Positions 29,531 through 39,098 of a DNA stretch of 64,000 nucleotides are shown here, in pieces (position 1 is the stretch's first letter; every line of letters starts with the position of its first letter). The position numbers and the translations under genes are program-made. The notes below the pieces were generated by a model, which did not search any database, was not told the DNA's origin, and saw nothing but the letters and a program-made list of their open reading frames with translations. The stretch is from positions 166,610-230,609 of the forward strand of contig JAZDQA010000011.1 of NCBI GenBank assembly GCA_043797085.1, read 5' to 3'. This stretch comes from Pseudomonadota bacterium (lineage in GTDB: Bacteria; Campylobacterota; Campylobacteria; Campylobacterales; Sulfurimonadaceae).

Positions 29531-32254
29531 ATGGAAGAAAAAACCGTTACCATTATTGATACCTTTGGATTTTTTTTCCGCTCATTTTATGCCCTTCCTC
29601 CGCTTAGAAATAAGCACGGTTTTCCGACGGGTCTTTTGACCGGTTTCATTAATTTTATTGCTTCGCTTCACAAAGATCACAGCAGTGATTATCTCATTTT
29701 TGCCCTTGATGCCAAGGGACCAAGTTTTCGTGCTGAAATTGATCCCAATTATAAAGCCAATCGCTCTCCTGCACCTGAAGAACTGATTCAACAACTCCCT
29801 ATCGCTATCAGTTGGATTGAAAAGATGGGGTATAAATCTCTTCTTTTGAGCGGATATGAAGCGGATGATATGATTGCTTCAGTGGTTCATCATGCAAAAG
29901 ACCAGGGGATTAATGTCCGTGTTGTTTCTCACGATAAGGATTTGTATCAGCTCATTGAAGATGATAAAGTAGTTTTAGTCGATGCAATCACCAAAAAAGT
30001 CCTCAATGAAACCCATTGTTTTGAAAAATATGGGGTTCATCCGTCTCAATTTATCGACTATCAAGCACTTATCGGTGATACCGCAGATAATGTTCCGGGA
30101 GTGAAAGGGATTGGAAAAGTAACGGCGGAAAAGCTTTTGGTACAGTTTGGAACTTTAGATACGATTTACGAGCGACTTGATGAGGTTATGCCTGTACGTA
30201 TTCGCGGCTTGCTGGAAACGTATCGTGAGGATGCCTTCCGATCACGTGAGCTTGTGAAATTACGCGGTGATGTTTTTGAATCTCTTGATTTTAATGACTA
30301 TGCAATGCACTTTAATAACCCTTTTCATCCTATTTACGATGAATTGGTTCATTATGAGATGAATGCCGTTTTGCGAACATTGAAAGCTAAAGCATTATTT
30401 GAAGAGACGCAGCCTTTAGACAAAACACCGATAAAAATTATAAATGATCTCCCGCAATGTGATTCTCCCAATGGATGCAGTATTCTAATCGATACGGATG
30501 AAGCTCTTAATGCTTTGGTTTCTACCCTAACCTCAGAGACGATTGTGGCGTTTGATACGGAAACAACGGGGCTTAATCCTCATATCGATTCATTGGTCGG
30601 ATTTAGTTTTAGTATGGATGGAGAAAGCGGTTATTACGTTCCCTTAAGTCATAACTATCTGGGGGTTGGAGAACAAGTTTCCAAAGAAGCTGCAAAAGCT
30701 GCGATACAAGCAATTTTTAACGGCAAAGTTATCGGACATAATCTCAAGTTTGACCTCCATTTTGTGACTCGATTTTTAGGTGTTGAGAGGCTTCCACTTT
30801 ATGCGGATACGATTATTATGGGATGGCTTAGTGATTCAAATCGCTCTCTTTCTATGGATAATCTTAGTCTTTCATTGCTGAACCACGAGATGATTCATTT
30901 CAAAGATACCGTAAAACGCGGAGAAAATTTTTCTTCCGTTGCCATCGAAGATGCGTGTAAATACGCCGGAGAAGATGCCTATATTACCTATCGTCTTTAT
31001 GAAGTGTTGAGGGAGCAATTACTCCTCAAAGGGGGAAATACTGCTTTAGATGAAGCGTTTAATGTTGAATTTCCTTTTATTGAGACGTTGCTAGGGATGG
31101 AAAAAGCAGGGATTGCGGTAGATATTGGTGTTCTCGAAACGTTTAAAATCGAAGTTTCCAATGAACTCTCTACATTGACAGAGAAAATTCATGCAATGTG
31201 CCAAACCGTTTTTAATCTCAATTCTCCCAAGCAATTAGGGGTGATTTTATTTGAAACACTGGGGCTTCCTCACGGGAAAAAAACCAAAACAGGTTACAGT
31301 ACGGATGAATCCGTTCTTGAGGGACTGCGTCATGAGCATGAAGTTGTTTCATTACTATTGCAGTATCGTGAGTATCACAAACTGTATTCAACCTACATTG
31401 AACCTCTCATCGCCCTTGCAAAGGTAGATAAACACTCACGTATTTATACCTCGTTCGTCCAAACGGGTACGGCAACAGGACGGCTTAGTTCTAAAAATCC
31501 AAACCTTCAAAACATTCCCGTCAAAACAGCTCTTGGAATGAGAATTCGTGAAGCATTCGTCGCGCCTGAGGGGAAAAAACTGATCGGAATTGACTATTCG
31601 CAGATGGAATTAAGACTATTGGCTCATTTTACCGAAGATAAAGTCTTAGTCGATGCGTTCAATAATAATCTCGATATTCATACGCAAACTGCTATTTCTC
31701 TTTTTGGGGAAGTTGATGCTGCATCCAAACGCAATATTGCCAAGACAGTCAATTTCGGATTACTCTACGGGATGGGGGCGAAAAAGCTCTCCGATACGTT
31801 GGGAATCAGTACCAAAGAGGCAAAAGAGATTATTGAAAAATATTTTGAAACCTTCCCCAGCGTCAAAGGATATTTTTCCGCTATTGTAGAGCAGGCGAAA
31901 GAGATGGGATACGTTGAAACACTTCTTGGGCGCCGTCGCTATTTTGATTTTGCTACCGCTACGCCAATGCTAAAAGCCGCCTACGAGCGCGAGGCGGTCA
32001 ATGCAGTATTCCAAGGCTCTGCCTCGGATCTCATCAAGCTTTCCATGAATGCAATTGATAAACGTATCCGTGAAGAGGGACTGCGTGCCCGAATGCTCTT
32101 GCAAATTCACGATGAATTGATTTTTGAAGCCGATGAGGACGTTGCAGAAGTATTGGCAGCAGAGTTTGTAGAGATGATGGAAAAAATCATGCAGTTAAAA
32201 ATCCCGCTAAAAACATCAATGCACGTTGGCAATCACTGGGGTGAGTTGAAATAG
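29531..32254 (+). CDS. polA: DNA polymerase I
   Basis: 5'-3' exonuclease GYEADD / GDTADNVPGV, 3'-5' exonuclease FDTETTG, TGRLSS..PNLQNIP, DYSQMELR, LQIHDEL. Confidence 0.98.
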   Translation: MEEKTVTIIDTFGFFFRSFYALPPLRNKHGFPTGLLTGFINFIASLHKDHSSDYLIFALDAKGPSFRAEIDPNYKANRSPAPEELIQQLPIAISWIEKMGYKSLLLSGYEADDMIASVVHHAKDQGINVRVVSHDKDLYQLIEDDKVVLVDAITKKVLNETHCFEKYGVHPSQFIDYQALIGDTADNVPGVKGIGKVTAEKLLVQFGTLDTIYERLDEVMPVRIRGLLETYREDAFRSRELVKLRGDVFESLDFNDYAMHFNNPFHPIYDELVHYEMNAVLRTLKAKALFEETQPLDKTPIKIINDLPQCDSPNGCSILIDTDEALNALVSTLTSETIVAFDTETTGLNPHIDSLVGFSFSMDGESGYYVPLSHNYLGVGEQVSKEAAKAAIQAIFNGKVIGHNLKFDLHFVTRFLGVERLPLYADTIIMGWLSDSNRSLSMDNLSLSLLNHEMIHFKDTVKRGENFSSVAIEDACKYAGEDAYITYRLYEVLREQLLLKGGNTALDEAFNVEFPFIETLLGMEKAGIAVDIGVLETFKIEVSNELSTLTEKIHAMCQTVFNLNSPKQLGVILFETLGLPHGKKTKTGYSTDESVLEGLRHEHEVVSLLLQYREYHKLYSTYIEPLIALAKVDKHSRIYTSFVQTGTATGRLSSKNPNLQNIPVKTALGMRIREAFVAPEGKKLIGIDYSQMELRLLAHFTEDKVLVDAFNNNLDIHTQTAISLFGEVDAASKRNIAKTVNFGLLYGMGAKKLSDTLGISTKEAKEIIEKYFETFPSVKGYFSAIVEQAKEMGYVETLLGRRRYFDFATATPMLKAAYEREAVNAVFQGSASDLIKLSMNAIDKRIREEGLRARMLLQIHDELIFEADEDVAEVLAAEFVEMMEKIMQLKIPLKTSMHVGNHWGELK
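32229..32253 (+). repeat. 25-bp direct repeat, copy 1 (polA 3' end; att-like)
   Basis: GCAATCACTGGGGTGAGTTGAAATA, identical to 33374-33398. Confidence 0.92.
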
Positions 32255-32270
32255 CAAATAAGGAATATTA

Positions 32271-32936
32271 ATGGTTTGGCTGATTATCCCGTTATTTTTA
32301 TTACTGATTTTTTTAATATTTTTTTTAATCGGATATTTTTCTACACCAACAGTTCAAGATAATAAAGTCACTCAATCCATCGCCACCTCTCTAAAAAAAG
32401 AGAAGGGATATGATGTATGGAATTTTTTATTTCATTGGATGAAAGCAAAATTTAACTGGCATAATCTTCGTATAGGTGTAGTAATTTTATTAACTTTTAG
32501 CCCATTATTCATTGCTACACATCCTTATACAATCATAGATTATAACCGATTCCTTTCAATTACTATCACTATAGCAATCATACTGTCTCTTATCGTCTAT
32601 TTTAAAATCAAACCTGATACACTTAATATGCTTGGCTATGCTGGTGCGATAGTGGTTTATATTTACATGTCTGTCAAAGCAATTGATATTTATGCTGATA
32701 AAACCGTCCCGTCACTTTATATTGGTACTGTTACTTCAAAAACTACGAATAAATATTATCAAAAAGGTCATGAATATACTTCCTATATTCTTGGCGTCCG
32801 TGCACCGGATGGGGATATTAGATATGTAGATGTGATAGAAAAGTTTTATAATTCAATTGATGAAAATTATCAAGTTCAAATGTGCGAGCGTAATGGTGCA
32901 ATAGGTTTAAGATGGATAGAGGATATAAAAAAATGA
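32271..32936 (+). CDS. Hypothetical membrane protein (AT-rich, inside islet)
   Basis: 221-aa ORF, AAGGA RBS, about 4 hydrophobic segments and a beta-rich C-terminus. Confidence 0.75.
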   Translation: MVWLIIPLFLLLIFLIFFLIGYFSTPTVQDNKVTQSIATSLKKEKGYDVWNFLFHWMKAKFNWHNLRIGVVILLTFSPLFIATHPYTIIDYNRFLSITITIAIILSLIVYFKIKPDTLNMLGYAGAIVVYIYMSVKAIDIYADKTVPSLYIGTVTSKTTNKYYQKGHEYTSYILGVRAPDGDIRYVDVIEKFYNSIDENYQVQMCERNGAIGLRWIEDIKK

Positions 32937-32952
32937 ATATAAAAATATTCCC

Positions 32953-33047
32953 CTCGTTCCTAACGTCCTCGTTTGGAATGCATACTTATACTATATACAC
33001 TCATGGGAGTGAGAATAGCTGGATTCCCGATCAAGTCGGGAATGACG
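32953..33047. repeat. Cluster of REP-like palindromes
   Basis: CTCGTTCCTAACGTCCTCGTTTGGAATGCATAC (32953-32985), CACTC-ATGG-GAGTG (32998-33011), TGGATTCCCGATCAAGTCGGGAATGACG (33020-33047). Confidence 0.7.
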
Positions 33048-33063
33048 AATAAAAGGAAAAACG

Positions 33064-33360
33064 ATGAAAGAAATCCGACCATCCACCCATCCGGGTATCA
33101 TCCTCAAACTCGAATTTGCTGAACCGCTTGGGCTTACGCAAGCACGTATGGCGGAAGATCTCGGCGTAGGGATCAAGACTCTAAGCGAACTTTACAACCA
33201 AAAACGGGGCATTAGTGCGGTAATGGCACTTAAACTCTCCGAATATTTTGGTACAACACCACAATTTTGGATGACACTACAGGATAATTTTGATTTGTAT
33301 CAAGCCTATATGCAAGAATATGAATCAATTCAAAAGATTAAAAAACTACAAGTGGCGTAA
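33064..33360 (+). CDS. higA: HigA/VapI-family antitoxin (orphan)
   Basis: HPGIILKLEFAEPLGLTQ, MALKLSEYFGTTPQFWMTLQ. Confidence 0.92.
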   Translation: MKEIRPSTHPGIILKLEFAEPLGLTQARMAEDLGVGIKTLSELYNQKRGISAVMALKLSEYFGTTPQFWMTLQDNFDLYQAYMQEYESIQKIKKLQVA

Positions 33361-33373
33361 AAAAAAAGAATTA

Positions 33374-33398
33374 GCAATCACTGGGGTGAGTTGAAATA
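33374..33398 (+). repeat. 25-bp direct repeat, copy 2 (duplicated polA 3' end; att-like)
   Basis: Identical to 32229-32253. Confidence 0.92.
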
Positions 33399-33400
33399 AT

Positions 33401-33431
33401 TTTGTAGTATAATGTAGATACAAAGATTTAC
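33401..33431 (+). promoter_or_regulatory. Toxin-antitoxin promoter (-10 TATAAT) with overlapping operator palindromes
   Basis: TTTGTA...TACAAA (33401-33424) brackets TATAAT; second imperfect pair TGTAGAT...ATTTACA. Confidence 0.55.
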
Positions 33432-33443
33432 ATGGAGAGTGTT

Positions 33444-33674
33444 ATGAAAAAAGCTATTAATTTGCGTATGGATGAATCGTTACTTGCTGATTTGGATCAG
33501 TATGCTCAAGAGTTGGATCGGTCACGTACTTATTTGATTGAAAAAGCGGTGAGTGCTTACTTTGATACTCTCGATGAGATAATTAGTGATAAGCGCATCG
33601 ATGACATTAAAAGTGGAAAAAGCGAAGTGTATACTCTCGAAGAAGTTGCTCTCAAGCTGGGATTGAATGTATAA
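33444..33674 (+). CDS. Ribbon-helix-helix (CopG/RelB-like) antitoxin
   Basis: KAINLRMDESLL...LDRSRTYLIEKAV fold, acidic C-terminus; overlaps the toxin gene; ATG 33444 follows GGAG. Confidence 0.87.
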   Translation: MKKAINLRMDESLLADLDQYAQELDRSRTYLIEKAVSAYFDTLDEIISDKRIDDIKSGKSEVYTLEEVALKLGLNV

Positions 33675-33918
33675 AGTTATCATTCCAAAGACTGTTTTTA
33701 AAGAACTCGAAGCAATCGGCTCTGAAGATCAAAAACTTGTTTGGATGAAGATTAAAGATCTCGAAAGTGGAGTTTTTACAAGCGATAAAGCATTAAAAGG
33801 CAATCATAAAGGGAAATTCCGTAAACGAGCGGGAGATTATCGGATTGTCTATTTAAAGGAAAATAATATTTTGGTTATTACCTTAATTCGTATCGCTCAC
33901 CGAAAAGAAGTTTACTAA
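33667..33918 (+). CDS. RelE/ParE-family toxin
   Basis: KALKG...FRKRAGDYRIVY...IAHRKEVY. Confidence 0.92.
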   Translation: MYKVIIPKTVFKELEAIGSEDQKLVWMKIKDLESGVFTSDKALKGNHKGKFRKRAGDYRIVYLKENNILVITLIRIAHRKEVY

Positions 33919-33930
33919 AAAGAAGTAATT

Positions 33931-35169
33931 ATGCGACAATTTAACGAAGAACTAATCCAATTTATCGATGCTTCCCCAACACCATTTCACGCTGTGGAGC
34001 AGATGGCAAAAGTTTTGGACGCACAAGGGTTTCATAAGCTCGATGAGTGTGAGCATTGGAATTTGGAAGAAGAAAAAGGCTATTACGTTATCCGTAATGA
34101 TTCTTCTATCATCGCCTTTACCTATCCTCCTTCGGCTGAAAAAGGATACACTATCGTGGGAGCGCATACCGATTCTCCGAATTTGCGTCTTAAACCCAAC
34201 CCTGTCACGAAAAGTGCCGGAACCGTGAGGCTTGGGGTTGAACCGTATGGCGGAGTGTTGCTGAACCCCTGGTTTGATCGTGATCTGAGTCTCGCGGGAC
34301 GGATTGTTTATTTGGATGTGACTAAAAAGCGTTGCGAAAAATTAATTGACTTCAAACGCCCGATAGGGATTATTTCATCGCTTGCGATTCATCTTGACCG
34401 CGATGCAAATTCATCGCATTCGATTAATGCCCAAACAGATATTGTCCCGATGATTTCTTGCGGTGAGGATTTCGATTTTTCATCCTGGATTATGGAGGAA
34501 GCGGGTGTGAGTGACGGAAAACTGCTCGCTCATGAGCTTAGTTTTTATGACGTTCAAAAAGGGTCATTGATCGGGATTAAAGAAGAATTTATCAGTTCAG
34601 CACGGTTGGATAATCTCTTAAGCTGCTATGTCGGATTAAGTGCATTGGTGGAGTGCAAAAATCCAATGATTTTGGCGTGTATGGATCATGAAGAGGTGGG
34701 AAGTGATTCGCATGTCGGGGCAGGGGGGACGTTTTTAGAAGAGGTTTTACGCCGTATCGCAGGGGAGAATTTCTCTGTATTAATGCGTCAATCGCTCATG
34801 GTATCGTGTGACAATGCTCATGCTCAGCATCCAAATTTCCCCTCCAAACATGAGAGTGAGCATGCACCGCTTCTCAATCGTGGAGTGGCGATCAAAATCA
34901 ACTCCAATCAGCGTTATGCAACCAGCTCTCGTACTCAAGGACGTTTTGTACAGTGTGCGCAGGCTATAGAAGTAGCAACACAGACATTTGTGACCCGCAG
35001 TGATATGGGATGCGGTTCAACCATTGGTCCCATTACGGCAACAAGGCTTGGCGTTGAGACGATTGATGTGGGTGTACCGACCCTTGCGATGCATTCGATT
35101 CGAGAGTTGGCGGGAGTTAGTGATGCATACGGTTTGAAGCAGATTCTTTTGAGCATTGGTGAGTATTAA
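33931..35169 (+). CDS. M18-family (aspartyl) aminopeptidase
   Basis: SPTPFHAV, GAHTDSP, RLDNL, DHEEVGS, GSTIGP, MHSIRE. Confidence 0.94.
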   Translation: MRQFNEELIQFIDASPTPFHAVEQMAKVLDAQGFHKLDECEHWNLEEEKGYYVIRNDSSIIAFTYPPSAEKGYTIVGAHTDSPNLRLKPNPVTKSAGTVRLGVEPYGGVLLNPWFDRDLSLAGRIVYLDVTKKRCEKLIDFKRPIGIISSLAIHLDRDANSSHSINAQTDIVPMISCGEDFDFSSWIMEEAGVSDGKLLAHELSFYDVQKGSLIGIKEEFISSARLDNLLSCYVGLSALVECKNPMILACMDHEEVGSDSHVGAGGTFLEEVLRRIAGENFSVLMRQSLMVSCDNAHAQHPNFPSKHESEHAPLLNRGVAIKINSNQRYATSSRTQGRFVQCAQAIEVATQTFVTRSDMGCGSTIGPITATRLGVETIDVGVPTLAMHSIRELAGVSDAYGLKQILLSIGEY

Positions 35170-36152
35170 TGGCTGAGATGGTTTCACCAGAAGAGCTCAA
35201 AGCCCTTATCGATCAGACATATCGGGTTGAAGAGGAGTATGTGGCATTACGTCACTCTTACAACCATCTTCAGCTAACCATAGAGCAGGTAATCGAATTT
35301 TTACCCAATGCGATTTGGATTGTGGAAGAAGATGGAAAGATTTTTTTACAAAATTCACAAGCAAAAGTCCTTGAACAGCTGTTTGATATATTGAGATACG
35401 GTGAAGAAGATTATGAAGTGAATTTTGATGAACGCTCCTATCTCATCAAATCGACACATCATAATGAGAAGCATCTCCTAAGCGCAACCGATATAACAGA
35501 GCAGAAGCGAAAAGAAAACCTTGCAACCATGGGACAGATGGCAGCGCATCTCTCTCATGAGATACGCAACCCTATTGGTGCTATTGCCTTGCTTACTTCG
35601 ACGTTGATGAAAAGAGTTCAAGAAGAAAACAAACCAATCGTCACTGAAATACAAAAATCACTCTATCGCATTGAGCGAATCATCAAAGCTACCCTAATGT
35701 TTTCTAAGGGGGTACAGGCGCAGAAAAGCGTTTTGTCATGGGAAAGTATTGTCCGTGAACTTCATCATGCTATTGGCTATTATAGTTACGCTAAAAAAAT
35801 TGAGTTTATATTTCCTGAAGAGAATTTTGTGCTTAGTGGAGATCTGGACCTTTTAGTGATGCTGTTTAGTAATTTTGTTTTTAATGCCATTGATGCGATT
35901 GAACTGGATGAGGAAGAAGAGGGTCAAGTTGTTATGACTTATTCGTATGCGCAAGAAAAACATCACTTTGTGATTACGGATTCAGGTATTCCCATAGAAA
36001 ATGAAAAATGGCTTTTTGAGGCGTTTAAAAGTACTAAAGAGCGAGGCAATGGATTAGGCTTGGTTCTATCAAAAGAGATTTCAAAAGCCCATGGCGGCAA
36101 TATAGCCCTTTTTGAGGGAGAAGGAAAAGGATTCGTTATTACACTTGCTTAA
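35169..36152 (+). CDS. flgS: Cytoplasmic sensor histidine kinase, FlgS-like
   Basis: QVIEFLPNAIW, MGQMAAHLSHEIRNPIG..LLTSTL, RIERIIKATL.FSKG, GNGLGL resemble Campylobacterota FlgS. Confidence 0.75.
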   Translation: MAEMVSPEELKALIDQTYRVEEEYVALRHSYNHLQLTIEQVIEFLPNAIWIVEEDGKIFLQNSQAKVLEQLFDILRYGEEDYEVNFDERSYLIKSTHHNEKHLLSATDITEQKRKENLATMGQMAAHLSHEIRNPIGAIALLTSTLMKRVQEENKPIVTEIQKSLYRIERIIKATLMFSKGVQAQKSVLSWESIVRELHHAIGYYSYAKKIEFIFPEENFVLSGDLDLLVMLFSNFVFNAIDAIELDEEEEGQVVMTYSYAQEKHHFVITDSGIPIENEKWLFEAFKSTKERGNGLGLVLSKEISKAHGGNIALFEGEGKGFVITLA

Positions 36153-38344
36153 AGGGGTTTTGGTTTGCTTAAATGGTACCCTTGCACGTAATCAATGCCT
36201 AAATCTTGGCATTCATCATACACATCTTGTGAATGAACGAATTCCGCAACGGTTTTGATGTTAAGACGATGAGCGAATTCAACAATGGTACGAACAATAT
36301 CCTGTGCGCTTAGATCCACATCAAGATTTTTAATGAGAGATGCATCAATTTTGATGAAGTCAACATTCAGTCGTAATATGTGAGCAAAGTTGGAGTATCC
36401 CGTTCCGAAATCATCGATGGCGATACGACATCCAAAGGATTTGACATGAGTGATAAAGTTCGTAACCTCAGTATGATTTTCAATACCTTCACTCTCTAAG
36501 ATTTCAAAAATAAGCCGATTTCCGACATCGGATTCCCTTAAAAAGGAATAGAGCATCGTTTTCATTTCCGAATTTAAAATGTCAGCAATGGAGAGATTGA
36601 TCGAATAACGATGCGATGTCGTACGAAGTTGTTCGAAAATCGTGCGAATAACAAATTTCGTAATGTGAGGATAGAGGCGCGATTTTTTAGCAATCTCTAA
36701 AAAAGTATTCGGAGGGATGATCGAGCCATCGGTGTCGATAAGGCGTATGAGTGCTTCATATTCATAAATATCTTGCGTGGTTGTATCGTGAATACCTTGA
36801 TAATAGAGAACAAAACGCTGATCATCTATGGCGTCTTTGAGTTTTTTACTCCATAAAATATTGTTGAGATACTCCTCTTTGATAAGGAGAGATTCATTGT
36901 ATTTTAAGAACGACAAACTCTGTTTTTTGGCTGTTTTGAGTGCCATATCAGCACGTCCAATCAAATCACATTGGGATTCGAGACAGAAGTCGGCTCCAAT
37001 ACTAACGGTTGCCAAAATAGTAATCCCGTCAATTTCATAATAGGTTTCGTTAAGAGAGTGAAGAATAGCGTGACACATTTGATCAAATGTTTTGGTATTT
37101 AGATTATCATTAAGTAACAGTGCGTATTCATCTGAGGGCATTTTATAAAGAAAAAGGGTATACGTTACCGCAATTTTTTGGATTGATTCTCCAACGGCTT
37201 GTAAAAGCTTGTCTCCTATTCCGTGACCGTATAAATCATTGATTTCTTTAAAATTATCAATATTAATGAGGAGAATACCGAGGTGTTTTTGGTCGTGTAT
37301 GTTTTCAATCAGGGCTTTTCGGTTTGGTAATTTCGTCAGTGAGTCGGTATAGAGCTGTTGACGCAGTTGTTCATTAAGTTTAGCAGATTTACGGTTTATT
37401 CGTCGTATGAGGGATTTAAATCCAATGTGTAAAATGAGACCAAGAAGAATAAGCATTGTAGCACTGGCAAGAAGTAAATTGCTTATTTCCTTCGTATAAG
37501 TTACTTCATCATTCGTAATATCAAGGGCGCAGACTATCCGTGCAATAGATTTATTCGAATAAGTACGTAACTCTCGAGAGGCAATGATGTAGGTGGTTTC
37601 TCCTATCGTATGACGAATGGAATAATCAAACGCATACTTGCTCGGTAAATGTTCAAACAAAGGGTCATTGGAAGAGATAATTGAGTAGTTTTCATAATGT
37701 TTTAGCTTTGTTTTTGAGGGGAGGACATCGCTAAGAATTTTACTGTCAAAAGCCAATGCCGATTTTATTCCAGAATGGGCGTTGAGACGATCTTGTATAC
37801 GGTTGATATTGGCGGCTACTTGGAGTATCCCTATAAATTTTCCCTCTTTAAAAATGGGTAAGATACTTATAAGAGAGATATTGTAAATGGTTACATCCAG
37901 AGAGGTTATTGGACGGCGTGATTGGATTGCTTGCGCAATGATTGGTCGTTTTTTGGATATGTTATCTCCAAATTTTTTCGGATCTTGCAAGCGAAGAAAA
38001 TGAACGCCATCTGCGCGGATGAAACCACTTAAATCTGCTTCTCCACGTGTGTGTGCTTCGTTAAAATAGGGAAGGGCAAGGGCATAGAGTGCGTTACGAT
38101 CACCCGCCTCAAACGCATCGACGATACGATGATCGCTGAGCATTTTACAAGCGTAGTGATTGAGCCCTTTTTCGGTATCAAGCATGGAAAGTTCAAAAGC
38201 GTTTTTCAGAAGTTCTCGGTGAGAGTGAGTTTTTTCTTCTAAAACTCGTTTTTTATCTTGGAGGATGGAGTAAACAAAATAGGCAATAAGGGCAAGAACA
38301 ATCCCCATAGCATATAATGTTGCCCGTATTCGAATCTTATTCAA
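36149..38344 (-). CDS. Membrane c-di-GMP phosphodiesterase (Cache-like sensor, degenerate GGDEF, EAL)
   Basis: Two transmembrane helices around a FLRLQDPKKFGD Cache-like domain; DSLTKLPNR; PSDEY in place of GGDEF; EALIR, EILESE, DDFGTGYS. Confidence 0.9.
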   Translation of the reverse strand: MNKIRIRATLYAMGIVLALIAYFVYSILQDKKRVLEEKTHSHRELLKNAFELSMLDTEKGLNHYACKMLSDHRIVDAFEAGDRNALYALALPYFNEAHTRGEADLSGFIRADGVHFLRLQDPKKFGDNISKKRPIIAQAIQSRRPITSLDVTIYNISLISILPIFKEGKFIGILQVAANINRIQDRLNAHSGIKSALAFDSKILSDVLPSKTKLKHYENYSIISSNDPLFEHLPSKYAFDYSIRHTIGETTYIIASRELRTYSNKSIARIVCALDITNDEVTYTKEISNLLLASATMLILLGLILHIGFKSLIRRINRKSAKLNEQLRQQLYTDSLTKLPNRKALIENIHDQKHLGILLINIDNFKEINDLYGHGIGDKLLQAVGESIQKIAVTYTLFLYKMPSDEYALLLNDNLNTKTFDQMCHAILHSLNETYYEIDGITILATVSIGADFCLESQCDLIGRADMALKTAKKQSLSFLKYNESLLIKEEYLNNILWSKKLKDAIDDQRFVLYYQGIHDTTTQDIYEYEALIRLIDTDGSIIPPNTFLEIAKKSRLYPHITKFVIRTIFEQLRTTSHRYSINLSIADILNSEMKTMLYSFLRESDVGNRLIFEILESEGIENHTEVTNFITHVKSFGCRIAIDDFGTGYSNFAHILRLNVDFIKIDASLIKNLDVDLSAQDIVRTIVEFAHRLNIKTVAEFVHSQDVYDECQDLGIDYVQGYHLSKPKPL

Positions 38345-38426
38345 AAACTACCCCAAACTTAATATTTATGGTAATAATTATATCGTAAAAGTATCACATT
38401 TTTTTATAAACGTTCAAAAACGACAG

Positions 38427-39098
38427 CTATTTAAAAAGGATTGAACCCAATCTGACAAGATTTGAACCACACTCTATCGCGAGCTCAAAATCCCCGCTCA
38501 TCCCCATAGAACATACGGTTGCATTGGGAATTTTTTCAAACAACGAATGGGTGATTTCAAAACTTTTTTGGATAACTTTTGTTTCATCGCTGTGTGCACC
38601 GATACTCATAATTCCCATGAGTTGAATATTTTTGCACTCAGAGCTTATTTGGGCATAGTTTTCTAAAAACTCATACGGATGGAAACCTGATTTACTCTCT
38701 TCGAAGGCGGAATTAACCTGAACAAGTGCTCGGAGTGTTTTCCCTTCACGTATCAGCCGTTCATTCAATGCGGTTGCCAATTCCAGAGAATCGATAGAGT
38801 GAATCATATAGGGGTTAAGAGCGAGAAGCTGATTAATCTTATTTTTTTGAAGTGTTCCGATGAAATGCCACTCAATCGGTAAATCCTCAAGAGCATTTAC
38901 TTTTATTGCCATATCTTGAACTTTATTTTCTCCAAAAGCGCGCTGACCGATGTTGTAAAGGGATTGTATTTCCTCACTTCCTACATACTTACTTGCAGCT
39001 ACGATTTTGACAATATGGTGATCGCTGACATGTAATCGTGCTTTTTCGATTCGCTCAATGATTGTGTCAAAATGCAGTTTTTGCTCTAAAGTTGTCAT
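38427..39098 (-). CDS. yggS: PLP homeostasis protein (YggS/PROSC family)
   Basis: AASKY, FGENKVQ, WHFIGTLQKNK, SMGMSGDF, VRLGS. Confidence 0.94.
   Translation of the reverse strand: MTTLEQKLHFDTIIERIEKARLHVSDHHIVKIVAASKYVGSEEIQSLYNIGQRAFGENKVQDMAIKVNALEDLPIEWHFIGTLQKNKINQLLALNPYMIHSIDSLELATALNERLIREGKTLRALVQVNSAFEESKSGFHPYEFLENYAQISSECKNIQLMGIMSIGAHSDETKVIQKSFEITHSLFEKIPNATVCSMGMSGDFELAIECGSNLVRLGSILFK

Noticed and set aside
32991..33176. 61-aa minus-strand ORF as a possible missing toxin
   Set aside because: Mostly antisense to higA and runs through the palindromes; no toxin features
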